A program made the position numbers and the translations under genes. Of a stretch of 64,000 nucleotides of DNA, positions 48,481 to 63,400 are shown in pieces. The stretch lies in the NCBI GenBank assembly GCA_030704615.1, contig CM060731.1, positions 42,408,001-42,472,000 on the forward strand, in the 5' to 3' direction. This stretch comes from Takakia lepidozioides. Taxonomy: Eukaryota; Plantae; Bryophyta. The notes beneath the pieces are model-generated. The model did no database searches. It saw only the letters and a program-made list of their open reading frames with translations, and was not told the DNA's origin. Every line of letters starts with the position of its first letter. The stretch's first letter is position 1.

Positions 48481-51400
48481 TCTTTCAATGACAATGACCT
48501 CAGTGGTCTTGTCCATGTCCTGACATGACATGTATATCTTCCCTCTCTTTATCTGATCAGTGTACTTAGTGGTTTTTGTACACACCATCTACCCTTCTCC
48601 TTTCCTGTTTCACCTTCTCATTTTGATGTACTAACAATATTTTTTGAAGGGCCTTGGCAGATAGGCAACAAACACATTCCAAACTGGAATGATGAACTGA
48701 AAGCCCTGGGGTATGAATCTCCCTTGGCCAGGTATGTTCTTCTCCAGCAATAGTATGGTTGATTGATTGGGTATGAAAAGTAAGGCATCCTTGATGATAC
48801 CTGAAATAAGCACAGAGCATCTAAAGGACTTTTGAATGCCGATATTATGAGCTAAGCCCTGGTAAGACAGCTTACGGGAGTATGTGTACACCTTATACAT
48901 GATCCGGTCAATGCACACTACTTTTGTTAGCTAGTCTCATGTAGCCGATGCCTTATATCAGAATCAGATACCTTATGATTGAGTGACTGCCATGTCCTTT
49001 GATCAAGTGCTTCTATACTTCTCTTAGATATGGCTTTGCTCCTTGTGGCACCATAAGAAAATACCCAACTCTAATCTGTTGCTAGAAGATGTTTTGTCTA
49101 TATCACAGGCATGTTACTATAGACCTGAGCTGATGCTGTATCTTGACAAGGTTCCTTGAACGAGGTTCCTTCCCTAGCCTGTTCTTCCCTGTGCAAGAAC
49201 TTATTGAGAAACTGAAAGGTATTTTCTAAAAACTTGTACTTATCCAGAGCTAAGTATACCACTGAACTCTCTGTTCTTTTCTCGTGATACTATACCGGTC
49301 TTGCTATGATACACTTTATGCCAATGTTTCATTCATGACCCGAGGAAGAGAGGATGTAGGATTCTACTCCCTTGGATAATATAATCTAAGGATAGAACTA
49401 CATGGAAGAGGGGAAACCTTATGAGAAGGGGTCTGGTATGCACTCCCTTACGGGGTGAGTGCATACCACACTCACTCCGTAAGGTTCTGCCATGCCAGGG
49501 GATTGGCTGGTGGGTCCCTCTCTCTCCCTCTCTCCCTCTCCCTCTATAACTCTTTGGATTTCATCTGGCCTTAACCTTTTTGAGGCCGGTTATTTGGTTT
49601 TTCATCCCAATCTTTTTTCATCCAAATTTGGCTGATATTATTGTAGGATGATGAAACTTAATGTACAGAAAGCTTGGTTTACCATTTGTTTCTTTCATCT
49701 AAACTGGATGAACTACATGAATAATGGTGACCTATTTTAATCCAAGAGATAGTAATTTTACCATCATTTATTATAAATGATGGCAGTTATAAAACTTGAG
49801 CCTATACCCTAACCCTAAAAGATACCTTTTTATTGGATGTCATCCATTGACAAAGTGCATCTCGTGCTAAAATGCGACTTTTCGTCCACCCTGCATGACA
49901 AATCGAGGAGCTGTGCCCTAAGCGGGCCGACACATTTCACAGCACAGAACTCGTGCTTCAGGGATCCTCGATGATGCGCCGTGTAAATCTGCTCCCCTGC
50001 TGCTACATGGTACTCGTGATGGCTGGCTCTTGGGATGCGCATTGGCGGTTAGGCAGATTCCTCTCTGGCAGGCGACAAAGCGATGATCGCTTTGCTCAGA
50101 CCCTCATGGTTCTTTTTAATTTGCAGCGGCGCTTTTACTCCTCGTTGGGAAGTACTCTATCCCTATTTATCTACATATTACATGCGGCTCTCTTTTTGTA
50201 TGAGCTATTCTCTGTCTGTGAACACTTCTATTTTGATTGCGTTCTGTTGGAGACGATCTGTTGGACGCCATGGCGCAGGGCATACCACAAAACACTCCCT
50301 GCCACTCACCTGATGCATCCTCACTAACACACATCTTTATGTGGTGGTTTTTGGGACGGGCACAGGTGAGGGTCTTCACTTGTGTTGATTTCCTGAAGCT
50401 TGCAGTTCCTATTCTTGCAAATGTGGGTGCTGCTGAGCCTCTTGCCGCTTCAAAACTGCCAGCATACGGATGCAGACCTGCTTCAACTTGGCTCCAATGA
50501 GGATCTACTTCTGCTCCTTACCTTGTTTGTGGTTTCTTGCAACCATATCTACATGGCAGGAGGTAGGGCAGACACGAGAACTCATGGAATACAAATCTAC
50601 CGATTTATCTACTGTTTTTTTCATGTTTCAATGCGGGTATAATGTAGCGGTCGGTACCTTGGCTGCACTGAAATTCGGCTCTACAATGAAACCTCTTGGC
50701 TGGTTATTAAGACGGACTGTTGTGCCTTACTAGACAACACACATTCTGCAAGACCTTCATTTCACTTTGATTTCATATGATGGACTGCAAATAGGGGTTT
50801 TTGAATTACCTTTCTACCCTGGCAGAGCTGTTCTTAAGACCCTGGAATACCACTCCAGACTTGTATCTGCTTCAAAAGACTCGGCCTTGTTTTTATTTTA
50901 TGAATCCTGCTTGTGTCTTATGTCTCGTAAAACAGACATTGTGGTTATTTATAGACTACCAAGCATCACATTGTTGGGCTCTTTTTAGACTACAAACTGT
51001 TTTCTAAAGTACCCCAAGTGATCTCTTGGGACAAAAAATTGGTAAGCTCTATATGGTCTCTTAATATACTCCCTATATTGTGCTTGCTTTGCGTCTCCGT
51101 TGGCCTGCAATAGAAATACCGGATCCAGATGCACCAGTATGGGTTGGCTGGAATATGCTTAAGACATGTATGTCTTAATGTTTCAATTTCAATTTTAAGT
51201 ACTATATGCTTGGCTCTGGAGATTTATCTGCAATCCGGGTTTTTGAAATGAGATTACAATCTACAAGTATGGTGATGAATATCAAACCCATGGCGCTTTC
51301 ATGATATGAATGACCAGGAATCCCGCCCTCCCAGCCTGTTTTTTCAGATACCCTGAAATGTAACAAGGTATTCAAATGAGATGGTTAAAAAAAAAGGGGT

Positions 51401-54400
51401 TGTTAGATGGTGCCCTGTAAAGGGCTGCATTGTCTTTCAATGACAATGACCTCAGTGGTCTTGTCCATGTCCTGACATGACATGTATATCTTCCCTCTCT
51501 TTATCTGATCAGTGTACTTAGTGGTTTTTGTACACACCATCTACCCTTCTCTTTTCCTGTTTCACCTTCTCATTTTGATGTACTAACAATATTTTTTGAA
51601 GGGCCTTGGCAGATAGGCAACAAACACATTCCAAACTGGAATGATGAACTGAAAGCCCTGGGGTATGAATCTCCCTTGGCCAGGTATGTTCTTCTCCAGC
51701 AATAGTATGGTTGATTGATTGGGTATGAAAAGTAAGGCATCCTTGATGATACCTGAAATAAGCACAGAGCATCTAAAGGACTTTTGAATGCCGATATTAT
51801 GAGCTAAGCCCTGGTAAGACAGCTTACGGGAGTATGTGTACACCTTATACATGATCCGGTCAATGCACACTACTTTTGTTAGCTAGTCTCATGTAGCCGA
51901 TGCCTTATATCAGAATCAGATACCTTATGATTGAGTGACTGCCATGTCCTTTGATCAAGTGCTTCTATACTTCTCTTAGATATGGCTTTGCTCCTTGTGG
52001 CACCATAAGAAAATACCCAACTCTAATCTGTTGCTAGAAGATGTTTTGTCTATATCACAGGCATGTTACTACAGACCTGAGCTGCTGCTGTATCTTGACA
52101 AGGTTCCTTGAACGAGGTTCCTTCCCTAGCCTGTTCTTCCCTGTGCAAGAACTTATTGAGAAACTGAAAGGTATTTTCTAAAAACTTGTACCTATCCAGA
52201 GCTAAGTATACCACTGAACTCTCTGTTCTTTTCTCGTGATACTATACCGGTCTTGCTATGATACACTTTATGCCAATGTTTCATTCATGACCCGAGGAAG
52301 AGAGGATGTAGGATTCTACTCCCTTGGATAATATAATCTAAGGATAGAACTACATGGAAGAGGGGAAACCTTATGAGAAGGGGTCTGGTATGCACTCCCT
52401 TACGGGGTGAGTGCATACCACACTCACTCCGTAAGGTTCTGCCATGCCAGGGGATTGGCTGGTGGGTCCCTCTATCTCCCTCTCTCCCTCTCCCTCTATA
52501 ACTCTTTGGATTTCATCTGGCCTTAACCTTTTTGAGGCCGGTTATTTGGTTTTTCATCCCAATCTTTTTTCATCCAAATTTGGCTGATATTATTGTAGGA
52601 TGATGAAACTTAATGTACAGAAAGCTTGGTTTACCATTTGTTTCTTTCATCTAAACTGGATGAACTACATGAATAATGGTGACCTATTTTAATCCAAGAG
52701 ATAGTAATTTTACCATCATTTATTATAAATGATGGCAGTTATAAAACTTGAGCCTATACCCTAACCCTAAAAGATACCTTTTTATTGGATGTCATCCATT
52801 GACAAAGTGCATCTCGTGCTAAAATGCGACTTTTCGTCCACCCTGCATGACAAATCGAGGAGCTGTGCCCTAAGCGGGCCGACACATTTCACAGCACAGA
52901 ACTCGTGCTTCAGGGATCCTCGATGATGCGCCGTGTAAATCTGCTCCCCTGCTGCTACATGGTACTCGTGATGGCTGGCTCTTGGGATGCGCATTGGCGG
53001 TTAGGCAGATTCCTCTCTGGCAGGCGACAAAGCGATGATCGCTTTGCTCAGACCCTCATGGTTCTTTTTAATTTGCAGCGGCGCTTTTACTCCTCGTTGG
53101 GAAGTACTCTATCCCTATTTATCTACATATTACATGCGGCTCTCTTTTTGTATGAGCTATTCTCTGTCTGTGAACACTTCTATTTGATTGCGTTCTGTTG
53201 GAGACGATCTGTTGGACGCCATGGCGCAGGGCATACCACAAAACACTCCCTGCCACTCACCTGATGCATCCTCACTAACACACATCTTTATGTGGTGGTT
53301 TTTGGGACGGGCACAGGTGAGGGTCTTCACTTGTGTTGATTTCCTGAAGCTTGCAGTTCCTATTCTTGCAAATGTGGGTGCTGCTGAGCCTCTTGCCGCT
53401 TCAAAACTGCCAGCATACGGATGCAGACCTGCTTCAACTTGGCTCCAATGAGGATCTACTTCTGCTCCTTACCTTGTTTGTGGTTTCTTGCAACCATATC
53501 TACATGGCAGGAGGTAGGGCAGACACGAGAACTCATGGAATACAAATCTACCGATTTATCTACTGTTTTTTTCATGTTTCAATGCGGGTATAATGTAGCG
53601 GTCGGTACCTTGGCTGCACTGAAATTCGGCTCTACAATGAAACCTCTTGGCTGGTTATTAAGACGGACTGTTGTGCCTTACTAGACAACACACATTCTGC
53701 AAGACCTTCATTTCACTTTGATTTCATATGATGGACTGCAAATAGGGGTTTTTGAATTACCTTTCTACCCTGGCAGAGCTGTTCTTAAGACCCTGGAATA
53801 CCACTCCAGACTTGTATCTGCTTCAAAAGACTCGGCCTTGTTTTTATTTTATGAATCCTGCTTGTGTCTTATGTCTCGTAAAACAGACATTGTGGTTATT
53901 TATAGACTACCAAGCATCACATTGTTGGGCTCTTTTTAGACTACAAACTGTTTTCTAAAGTACCCCAAGTGATCTCTTGGGACAAAAAATTGGTAAGCTC
54001 TATATGGTCTCTTAATATACTCCCTATATTGTGCTTGCTTTGCGTCTCCGTTGGCCTGCAATAGAAATACCGGATCCAGATGCACCAGTATGGGTTGGCT
54101 GGAATATGCTTAAGACATGTATGTCTTAATGTTTCAATTTCAATTTTAAGTACTATATGCTTGGCTCTGGAGATTTATCTGCAATCCGGGTTTTTGAAAT
54201 GAGATTACAATCTACAAGTATGGTGATGAATATCAAACCCATGGCGCTTTCATGATATGAATGACCAGGAATCCCGCCCTCCCAGCCTGTTTTTTCAGAT
54301 ACCCTGAAATGTAACGAGGTATTCAAATGAGATGGTTAAAAAAAAAGGGGTTGTTAGATGGTGCCCTGTAAAGGGCTGCATTGTCTTTCAATGACAATGA

Positions 54401-57400
54401 CCTCAGTGGTCTTGTCCATGTCCTGACATGACATGTATATCTTCCCTCTCTTTATCTGATCAGTGTACTTAGTGGTTTTTGTACACACCATCTACCCTTC
54501 TCTTTTCCTGTTTCACCTTCTCATTTTGATGTACTAACAATATTTTTTGAAGGGCCTTGGCAGATAGGCAACAAACACATTCCAAACTGGAATGATGAAC
54601 TGAAAGCCCTGGGGTATGAATCTCCCTTGGCCAGGTATGTTCTTCTCCAGCAATAGTATGGTTGATTGATTGGGTATGAAAAGTAAGGCATCCTTGATGA
54701 TACCTGAAATAAGCACAGAGCATCTAAAGGACTTTTGAATGCCGATATTATGAGCTAAGCCCTGGTAAGACAGCTTACGGGAGTATGTGTACACCTTATA
54801 CATGATCCGGTCAATGCACACTACTTTTGTTAGCTAGTCTCATGTAGCCGATGCCTTATATCAGAATCAGATACCTTATGATTGAGTGACTGCCATGTCC
54901 TTTGATCAAGTGCTTCTATACTTCTCTTAGATATGGCTTTGCTCCTTGTGGCACCATAAGAAAATACCCAACTCTAATCTGTTGCTAGAAGATGTTTTGT
55001 CTATATCACAGGCATGTTACTACAGACCTGAGCTGCTGCTGTATCTTGACAAGGTTCCTTGAACGAGGTTCCTTCCCTAGCCTGTTCTTCCCTGTGCAAG
55101 AACTTATTGAGAAACTGAAAGGTATTTTCTAAAAACTTGTACCTATCCAGAGCTAAGTATACCACTGAACTCTCTGTTCTTTTCTCGTGATACTATACCG
55201 GTCTTGCTATGATACACTTTATGCCAATGTTTCATTCATGACCCGAGGAAGAGAGGATGTAGGATTCTACTCCCTTGGATAATATAATCTAAGGATAGAA
55301 CTACATGGAAGAGGGGAAACCTTATGAGAAGGGGTCTGGTATGCACTCCCTTACGGGGTGAGTGCATACCACACTCACTCCGTAAGGTTCTGCCATGCCA
55401 GGGGATTGGCTGGTGGGTCCCTCTCTCTCCCTCTCTCCCTCTCCCTCTATAACTCTTTGGATTTCATCTGGCCTTAACCTTTTTGAGGCCGGTTATTTGG
55501 TTTTTCATCCCAATCTTTTTTCATCCAAATTTGGCTGATATTATTGTAGGATGATGAAACTTAATGTACAGAAAGCTTGGTTTACCATTTGTTTCTTTCA
55601 TCTAAACTGGATGAACTACATGAATAATGGTGACCTATTTTAATCCAAGAGATAGTAATTTTACCATCATTTATTATAAATGATGGCAGTTATAAAACTT
55701 GAGCCTATACCCTAACCCTAAAAGATACCTTTTTATTGGATGTCATCCATTGACAAAGTGCATCTCGTGCTAAAATGCGACTTTTCGTCCACCCTGCATG
55801 ACAAATCGAGGAGCTGTGCCCTAAGCGGGCCGACACATTTCACAGCACAGAACTCGTGCTTCAGGGATCCTCGATGATGCGCCGTGTAAATCTGCTCCCC
55901 TGCTGCTACATGGTACTCGTGATGGCTGGCTCTTGGGATGCGCATTGGCGGTTAGGCAGATTCCTCTCTGGCAGGCGACAAAGCGATGATCGCTTTGCTC
56001 AGACCCTCATGGTTCTTTTTAATTTGCAGCGGCGCTTTTACTCCTCGTTGGGAAGTACTCTATCCCTATTTATCTACATATTACATGCGGCTCTCTTTTT
56101 GTATGAGCTATTCTCTGTCTGTGAACACTTCTATTTTGATTGCGTTCTGTTGGAGACGATCTGTTGGACGCCATGGCGCAGGGCATACCACAAAACACTC
56201 CCTGCCACTCACCTGATGCATCCTCACTAACACACATCTTTATGTGGTGGTTTTTGGGACGGGCACAGGTGAGGGTCTTCACTTGTGTTGATTTCCTGAA
56301 GCTTGCAGTTCCTATTCTTGCAAATGTGGGTGCTGCTGAGCCTCTTGCCGCTTCAAAACTGCCAGCATACGGATGCAGACCTGCTTCAACTTGGCTCCAA
56401 TGAGGATCTACTTCTGCTCCTTACCTTGTTTGTGGTTTCTTGCAACCATATCTACATGGCAGGAGGTAGGGCAGACACGAGAACTCATGGAATACAAATC
56501 TACCGATTTATCTACTGTTTTTTTCATGTTTCAATGCGGGTATAATGTAGCGGTCGGTACCTTGGCTGCACTGAAATTCGGCTCTACAATGAAACCTCTT
56601 GGCTGGTTATTAAGACGGACTGTTGTGCCTTACTAGACAACACACATTCTGCAAGACCTTCATTTCACTTTGATTTCATATGATGGACTGCAAACAGGGG
56701 TTTTTTAATTACCTTTCTACCCTGGCAGAGCTGTTCTTAAGACCCTGGAATACCACTCCAGACTTGTATCTGCTTCAAAAGACTCGGCCTTGTTTTTATT
56801 TTGTGAATCCTGCTTGTGTCTTATGTCTCGTAAAACAGACATTGTGGTTATTTATAGACTACCAAGCATCACATTGTTGGGCTCTTTTTAGACTACAAAC
56901 TGTTTTCTAAAGTACCCCAAGTGATCTCTTGGGACAAAAAATTGGTAAGCTCTATATGGCCTCTTAATATACTCCCTATATTGTGCTTGCTTTGCGTCTC
57001 CGCTGGCCTGCAATAGAAATACCGGATCCAGATGTACCAGTATGGGTTGGCTGGAATATGCTTAAGACATGTATGTCTTAATGTTTCAATTTCAATTTTA
57101 AGTACTATATGCTTGGCTCTGGAGATTTATCTGCAATCCGGGTTTTTGAAATGAGATTACAATCTACAAGTATGGTGATGAATATCAAACCCATGGTGCT
57201 TTCATGATATGAATGACCAGGAATCCCGCCCTCCCAGCCTGTTTTTTCAGATACCCTGAAATGTAACGAGGTATTCAAATGAGATGGTTAAAAAAAAGGG
57301 GGGTTGTTAGATGGTGCCCTGTAAAGGGCTGCATTGTCTTTCAATGACAATGACCTCAGTGGTCTTGTCCATGTCCTGACATGACATGTATATCTTCCCT

Positions 57401-60400
57401 CTCTTTATCTGATCAGTGTACTTAGTGGTTTTTGTACACACCATCTACCCTTCTCCTTTCCTGTTTCACCTTCTCATTTTGATGTACTAACAATGTTTTT
57501 TGAAGGGCCTTGGCAGATAGGCAACAAACACATTCCAAACTGGAATGATGAACTGAAAGCCCTGGGGTATGAATCTCCCTTGGCCAGGTATGTTCTTCTC
57601 CAGCAATAGTATGGTTGATTGATTGGGTATGAAAAGTAAGGCATCCTTGATGATACCTGAAATAAGCACAGAGCATCTAAAGGACTTTTGAATGCCGATA
57701 TTATGAGCTAAGCCCTGGTAAGACAGCTTACGGGAGTATGTGTACACCTTATACATGATCCGGTCAATGCACACTACTTTTGTTAGCTAGTCTCATGTAG
57801 CCGATGCCTTATATCAGAATCAGATACCTTATGATTGAGTGACTGCCATGTCCTTTGATCAAGTGCTTCTATACTTCTCTTAGATATGGCTTTGCTCCTT
57901 GTGGCACCATAAGAAAATACCCAACTCTAATCTGTTGCTAGAAGATGTTTTGTCTATATCACAGGCATGTTACTACAGACCTGAGCTGCTGCTGTATCTT
58001 GACAAGGTTCCTTGAACGAGGTTCCTTCCCTAGCCTGTTCTTCCCTGTGCAAGAACTTATTGAGATACTGAAAGGTATTTTCTAAAAACTTGTACCTATC
58101 CAGAGCTAAGTATACCACTGAACTCTCTGTTCTTTTCTCGTGATACTATACCGGTCTTGCTATGATACACTTTATGCCAATGTTTCATTCATGACCCGAG
58201 GAAGAGAGGATGTAGGATTCTACTCCCTTGGATAATATAATCTCTAAGGATAGAACTACATGGAAGAGGGGAAACCTTATGAGAAGGGGTCTGGTATGCA
58301 CTCCCTTACGGGGTGAGTGCATACCACACTCACTCCGTAAGGTTCTGCCATGCCAGGGGATTGGCTGGTGGGTCCCTCTCTCTCCCTCTCTCCCTCTCCC
58401 TCTATAACTCTTTGGATTTCATCTGGCCTTAACCTTTTTGAGGCCGGTTATTTGGTTTTTCATCCCAATCTTTTTTCATCCAAACTTGGCTGATATTATT
58501 GTAGGATGATGAAACTTAATGTACAGAAAGCTTGGTTTACCATTTGTTTCTTTCATCTAAACTGGATGAACTACATGAATAATGGTGACCTATTTTAATC
58601 CAAGAGATAGTAATTTTACCATCATTTATTATAAATGATGGCAGTTATAAAACTTGAGCCTATACCCTAACCCTAAAAGATACCTTTTTATTGGATGTCA
58701 TCCATTGACAAAGTGCATCTCGTGCTAAAATGCGACTTTTCGTCCACCCTGCATGACAAATCGAGGAGCTGTGCCCTAAGCGGGCCGACACATTTCACAG
58801 CACAGAACTCGTGCTTCAGGGATCCTCGATGATGCGCCGTGTAAATCTGCTCCCCTGCTGCTGCATGGTACTCGTGATGGCTGGCTCTTGGGATGCGCAT
58901 TGGCGGTTAGGCAGATTCCTCTCTGGCAGGCGACAAAGCGATGATCGCTTTGCTCAGACCCTCATGGTTCTTTTTAATTTGCAGCGGCGCTTTTACTCCT
59001 CGTTGGGAAGTACTCTATCCCTATTTATCTACATATTACATGCGGCTCTCTTTTTGTATGAGCTATTCTCTGTCTGTGAACACTTCTACTTTGATTGCGT
59101 TCTGTTGGACGCCATGGCGCAGGGCATACCACAAAACACTCCCTGCCACTCACCTGAGGCATCCTCACTAACACACATCTTTATGTGGTGGTTTTTGGGA
59201 CGGGCACAGGTGAGGGTCTTCACTTGTGTTGATTTCCTGAAGCTTGCAGTTCCTATTCTTGCAAATGTGGGTGGTGCTGAGCCTCTTGCCGCTTCAAAAC
59301 TGCCAGCATACGGATGCAGACCTGCTTCAACTGGGCTCCAATGAGGATCTACTTCTGCTCCTTACCTTGTTTGTGGTTTCTTGCAACCATATCTACATGG
59401 CAGGAGGTAGGGCAGACACGAGAACTCATGGAATACAAATCTACCGATTTATCTACTGTTTTTTTCATGTTTCAATGCGGGTATAATGTAGCGGTCGGTA
59501 CCTTGGCTGCACTGAAATTCGGCTCTACAATGAAACCTCTTGGCTGGTTATTAAGACGGACTGTTGTGCCTTACTAGACAACACACATTCTGCAAGACCT
59601 TCATTTCACTTTGATTTCATATGATGGACTGCAAACAGGGGTTTTTTAATTACCTTTCTACCCTGGCAGAGCTGTTCTTAAGACCCTGGAATACCACTCC
59701 AGACTTGTATCTGCTTCAAAAGACTCGGCCTTGTTTTTATTTTGTGAATCCTGCTTGTGTCTTATGTCTCGTAAAACAGACATTGTGGTTATTTATAGAC
59801 TACCAAGCATCACATTGTTGGGCTCTTTTTAGACTACAAACTGTTTTCTAAAGTACCCCAAGTGATCTCTTGGGACAAAAAATTGGTAAGCTCTATATGG
59901 CCTCTTAATATACTCCCTATATTGTGCTTGCTTTGCGTCTCCGCTGGCCTGCAATAGAAATACCGGATCCAGATGTACCAGTATGGGTTGGCTGGAATAT
60001 GCTTAAGACATGTATGTCTTAATGTTTCAATTTCAATTTTAAGTACTATATGCTTGGCTCTGGAGATTTATCTGCAATCCGGGTTTTTGAAATGAGATTA
60101 CAATCTACAAGTATGGTGATGAATATCAAACCCATGGTGCTTTCATGATATGAATGACCAGGAATCCCGCCCTCCCAGCCTGTTTTTTCAGATACCCTGA
60201 AATGTAACGAGGTATTCAAATGAGATGGTTAAAAAAAAAGGGGGTTGTTAGATGGTGCCCTGTAAAGGGCTGCATTGTCTTTCAATGACAATGACCTCAG
60301 TGGTCTTGTCCATGTCCTGACATGACATGTATATCTTCCCTCTCTTTATCTGATCAGTGTACTTAGTGGTTTTTGTACACACCATCTACCCTTCTCCTTT

Positions 60401-63400
60401 CCTGTTTCACCTTCTCATTTTGATGTACTAACAATGTTTTTTGAAGGGCCTTGGCAGATAGGCAACAAACACATTCCAAACTGGAATGATGAACTGAAAG
60501 CCCTGGGGTATGAATCTCCCTTGGCCAGGTATGTTCTTCTCCAGCAATAGTATGGTTGATTGATTGGGTATGAAAAGTAAGGCATCCTTGATGATACCTG
60601 AAATAAGCACAGAGCATCTAAAGGACTTTTGAATGCCGATATTATGAGCTAAGCCCTGGTAAGACAGCTTACGGGAGTATGTGTACACCTTATACATGAT
60701 CCGGTCAATGCACACTACTTTTGTTAGCTAGTCTCATGTAGCCGATGCCTTATATCAGAATCAGATACCTTATGATTGAGTGACTGCCATGTCCTTTGAT
60801 CAAGTGCTTCTATACTTCTCTTAGATATGGCTTTGCTCCTTGTGGCACCATAAGAAAATACCCAACTCTAATCTGTTGCTAGAAGATGTTTTGTCTATAT
60901 CACAGGCATGTTACTACAGACCTGAGCTGCTGTTGTATCTTGACAAGGTTCCTTGAACGAGGTTCCTTCCCTAGCCTGTTCTTCCCTGTGCAAGAACTTA
61001 TTGAGATACTGAAAGGTATTTTCTAAAAACTTGTACCTATCCAGAGCTAAGTATACCACTGAACTCTCTGTTCTTTTCTCGTGATACTATACCGGTCTTG
61101 CTATGATACACTTTATGCCAATGTTTCATTCATGACCCGAGGAAGAGAGGATGTAGGATTCTACTCCCTTGGATAATATAATCTCTAAGGATAGAACTAC
61201 ATGGAAGAGGGGAAACCTTATGAGAAGGGGTCTGGTATGCACTCCCTTACGGGGTGAGTGCATACCACACTCACTCCGTAAGGTTCTGCCATGCCAGGGG
61301 ATTGGCTGGTGGGTCCCTCTCTCTCCCTCTCTCCCTCTCCCTCTATAACTCTTTGGATTTCATCTGGCCTTAACCTTTTTGAGGCCGGTTATTTGGTTTT
61401 TCATCCCAATCTTTTTTCATCCAAACTTGGCTGATATTATTGTAGGATGATGAAACTTAATGTACAGAAAGCTTGGTTTACCATTTGTTTCTTTCATCTA
61501 AACTGGATGAACTACATGAATAATGGTGACCTATTTTAATCCAAGAGATAGTAATTTTACCATCATTTATTATAAATGATGGCAGTTATAAAACTTGAGC
61601 CTATACCCTAACCCTAAAAGATACCTTTTTATTGGATGTCATCCATTGACAAAGTGCATCTCGTGCTAAAATGCGACTTTTCGTCCACCCTGCATGACAA
61701 ATCGAGGAGCTGTGCCCTAAGCGGGCCGACACATTTCACAGCACAGAACTCGTGCTTCAGGGATCCTCGATGATGCGCCGTGTAAATCTGCTCCCCTGCT
61801 GCTGCATGGTACTCGTGATGGCTGGCTCTTGGGATGCGCATTGGCGGTTAGGCAGATTCCTCTCTGGCAGGCGACAAAGCGATGATCGCTTTGCTCAGAC
61901 CCTCATGGTTCTTTTTAATTTGCAGCGGCGCTTTTACTCCTCGTTGGGAAGTACTCTATCCCTATTTATCTACATATTACATGCGGCTCTCTTTTTGTAT
62001 GAGCTATTCTCTGTCTGTGAACACTTCTACTTTGATTGCGTTCTGTTGGACGCCATGGCGCAGGGCATACCACAAAACACTCCCTGCCACTCACCTGAGG
62101 CATCCTCACTAACACACATCTTTATGTGGTGGTTTTTGGGACGGGCACAGGTGAGGGTCTTCACTTGTGTTGATTTCCTGAAGCTTGCAGTTCCTATTCT
62201 TGCAAATGTGGGTGGTGCTGAGCCTCTTGCCGCTTCAAAACTGCCAGCATACGGATGCAGACCTGCTTCAACTGGGCTCCAATGAGGATCTACTTCTGCT
62301 CCTTACCTTGTTTGTGGTTTCTTGCAACCATATCTACATGGCAGGAGGTAGGGCAGACACGAGAACTCATGGAATACAAATCTACCGATTTATCTACTGT
62401 TTTTTTCATGTTTCAATGCGGGTATAATGTAGCGGTCGGTACCTTGGCTGCACTGAAATTCGGCTCTACAATGAAACCTCTTGGCTGGTTATTAAGACGG
62501 ACTGTTGTGCCTTACTAGACAACACACATTCTGCAAGACCTTCATTTCACTTTGATTTCATATGATGGACTGCAAACAGGGGTTTTTTAATTACCTTTCT
62601 ACCCTGGCAGAGCTGTTCTTAAGACCCTGGAATACCACTCCAGACTTGTATCTGCTTCAAAAGACTCGGCCTTGTTTTTATTTTGTGAATCCTGCTTGTG
62701 TCTTATGTCTCGTAAAACAGACATTGTGGTTATTTATAGACTACCAAGCATCACATTGTTGGGCTCTTTTTAGACTACAAACTGTTTTCTAAAGTACCCC
62801 AAGTGATCTCTTGGGACAAAAAATTGGTAAGCTCTATATGGCCTCTTAATATACTCCCTATATTGTGCTTGCTTTGCGTCTCCGCTGGCCTGCAATAGAA
62901 ATACCGGATCCAGATGTACCAGTATGGGTTGGCTGGAATATGCTTAAGACATGTATGTCTTAATGTTTCAATTTCAATTTTAAGTACTATATGCTTGGCT
63001 CTGGAGATTTATCTGCAATCCGGGTTTTTGAAATGAGATTACAATCTACAAGTATGGTGATGAATATCAAACCCATGGTGCTTTCATGATATGAATGACC
63101 AGGAATCCCGCCCTCCCAGCCTGTTTTTTCAGATACCCTGAAATGTAACGAGGTATTCAAATGAGATGGTTAAAAAAAAAGGGGGGTTGTTAGATGGTGC
63201 CCTGTAAAGGGCTGCATTGTCTTTCAATGACAATGACCTCAGTGGTCTTGTCCATGTCCTGACATGACATGTATATCTTCCCTCTCTTTATCTGATCAGT
63301 GTACTTAGTGGTTTTTGTACACACCATCTACCCTTCTCCTTTCCTGTTTCACCTTCTCATTTTGATGTACTAACAATGTTTTTTGAAGGGCCTTGGCAGA

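Noticed and set aside
49435-49467. Group II intron domain V
   Set aside because: The minus strand has a GNRA-like loop, but the AGC/CGC triad is missing and the bulge is on the wrong side.
49807-49818. Telomeric repeat CCCTAACCCTAA
   Set aside because: Only two units per monomer; at most a telo-box-like motif.
51385-51410. Polypurine tract plus LTR start (AAAAAAAAAGGGG-T-TGTTAG), suggesting a tandem TRIM
   Set aside because: No primer-binding site or matching LTR end, and dispersed relatives do not conserve this boundary.
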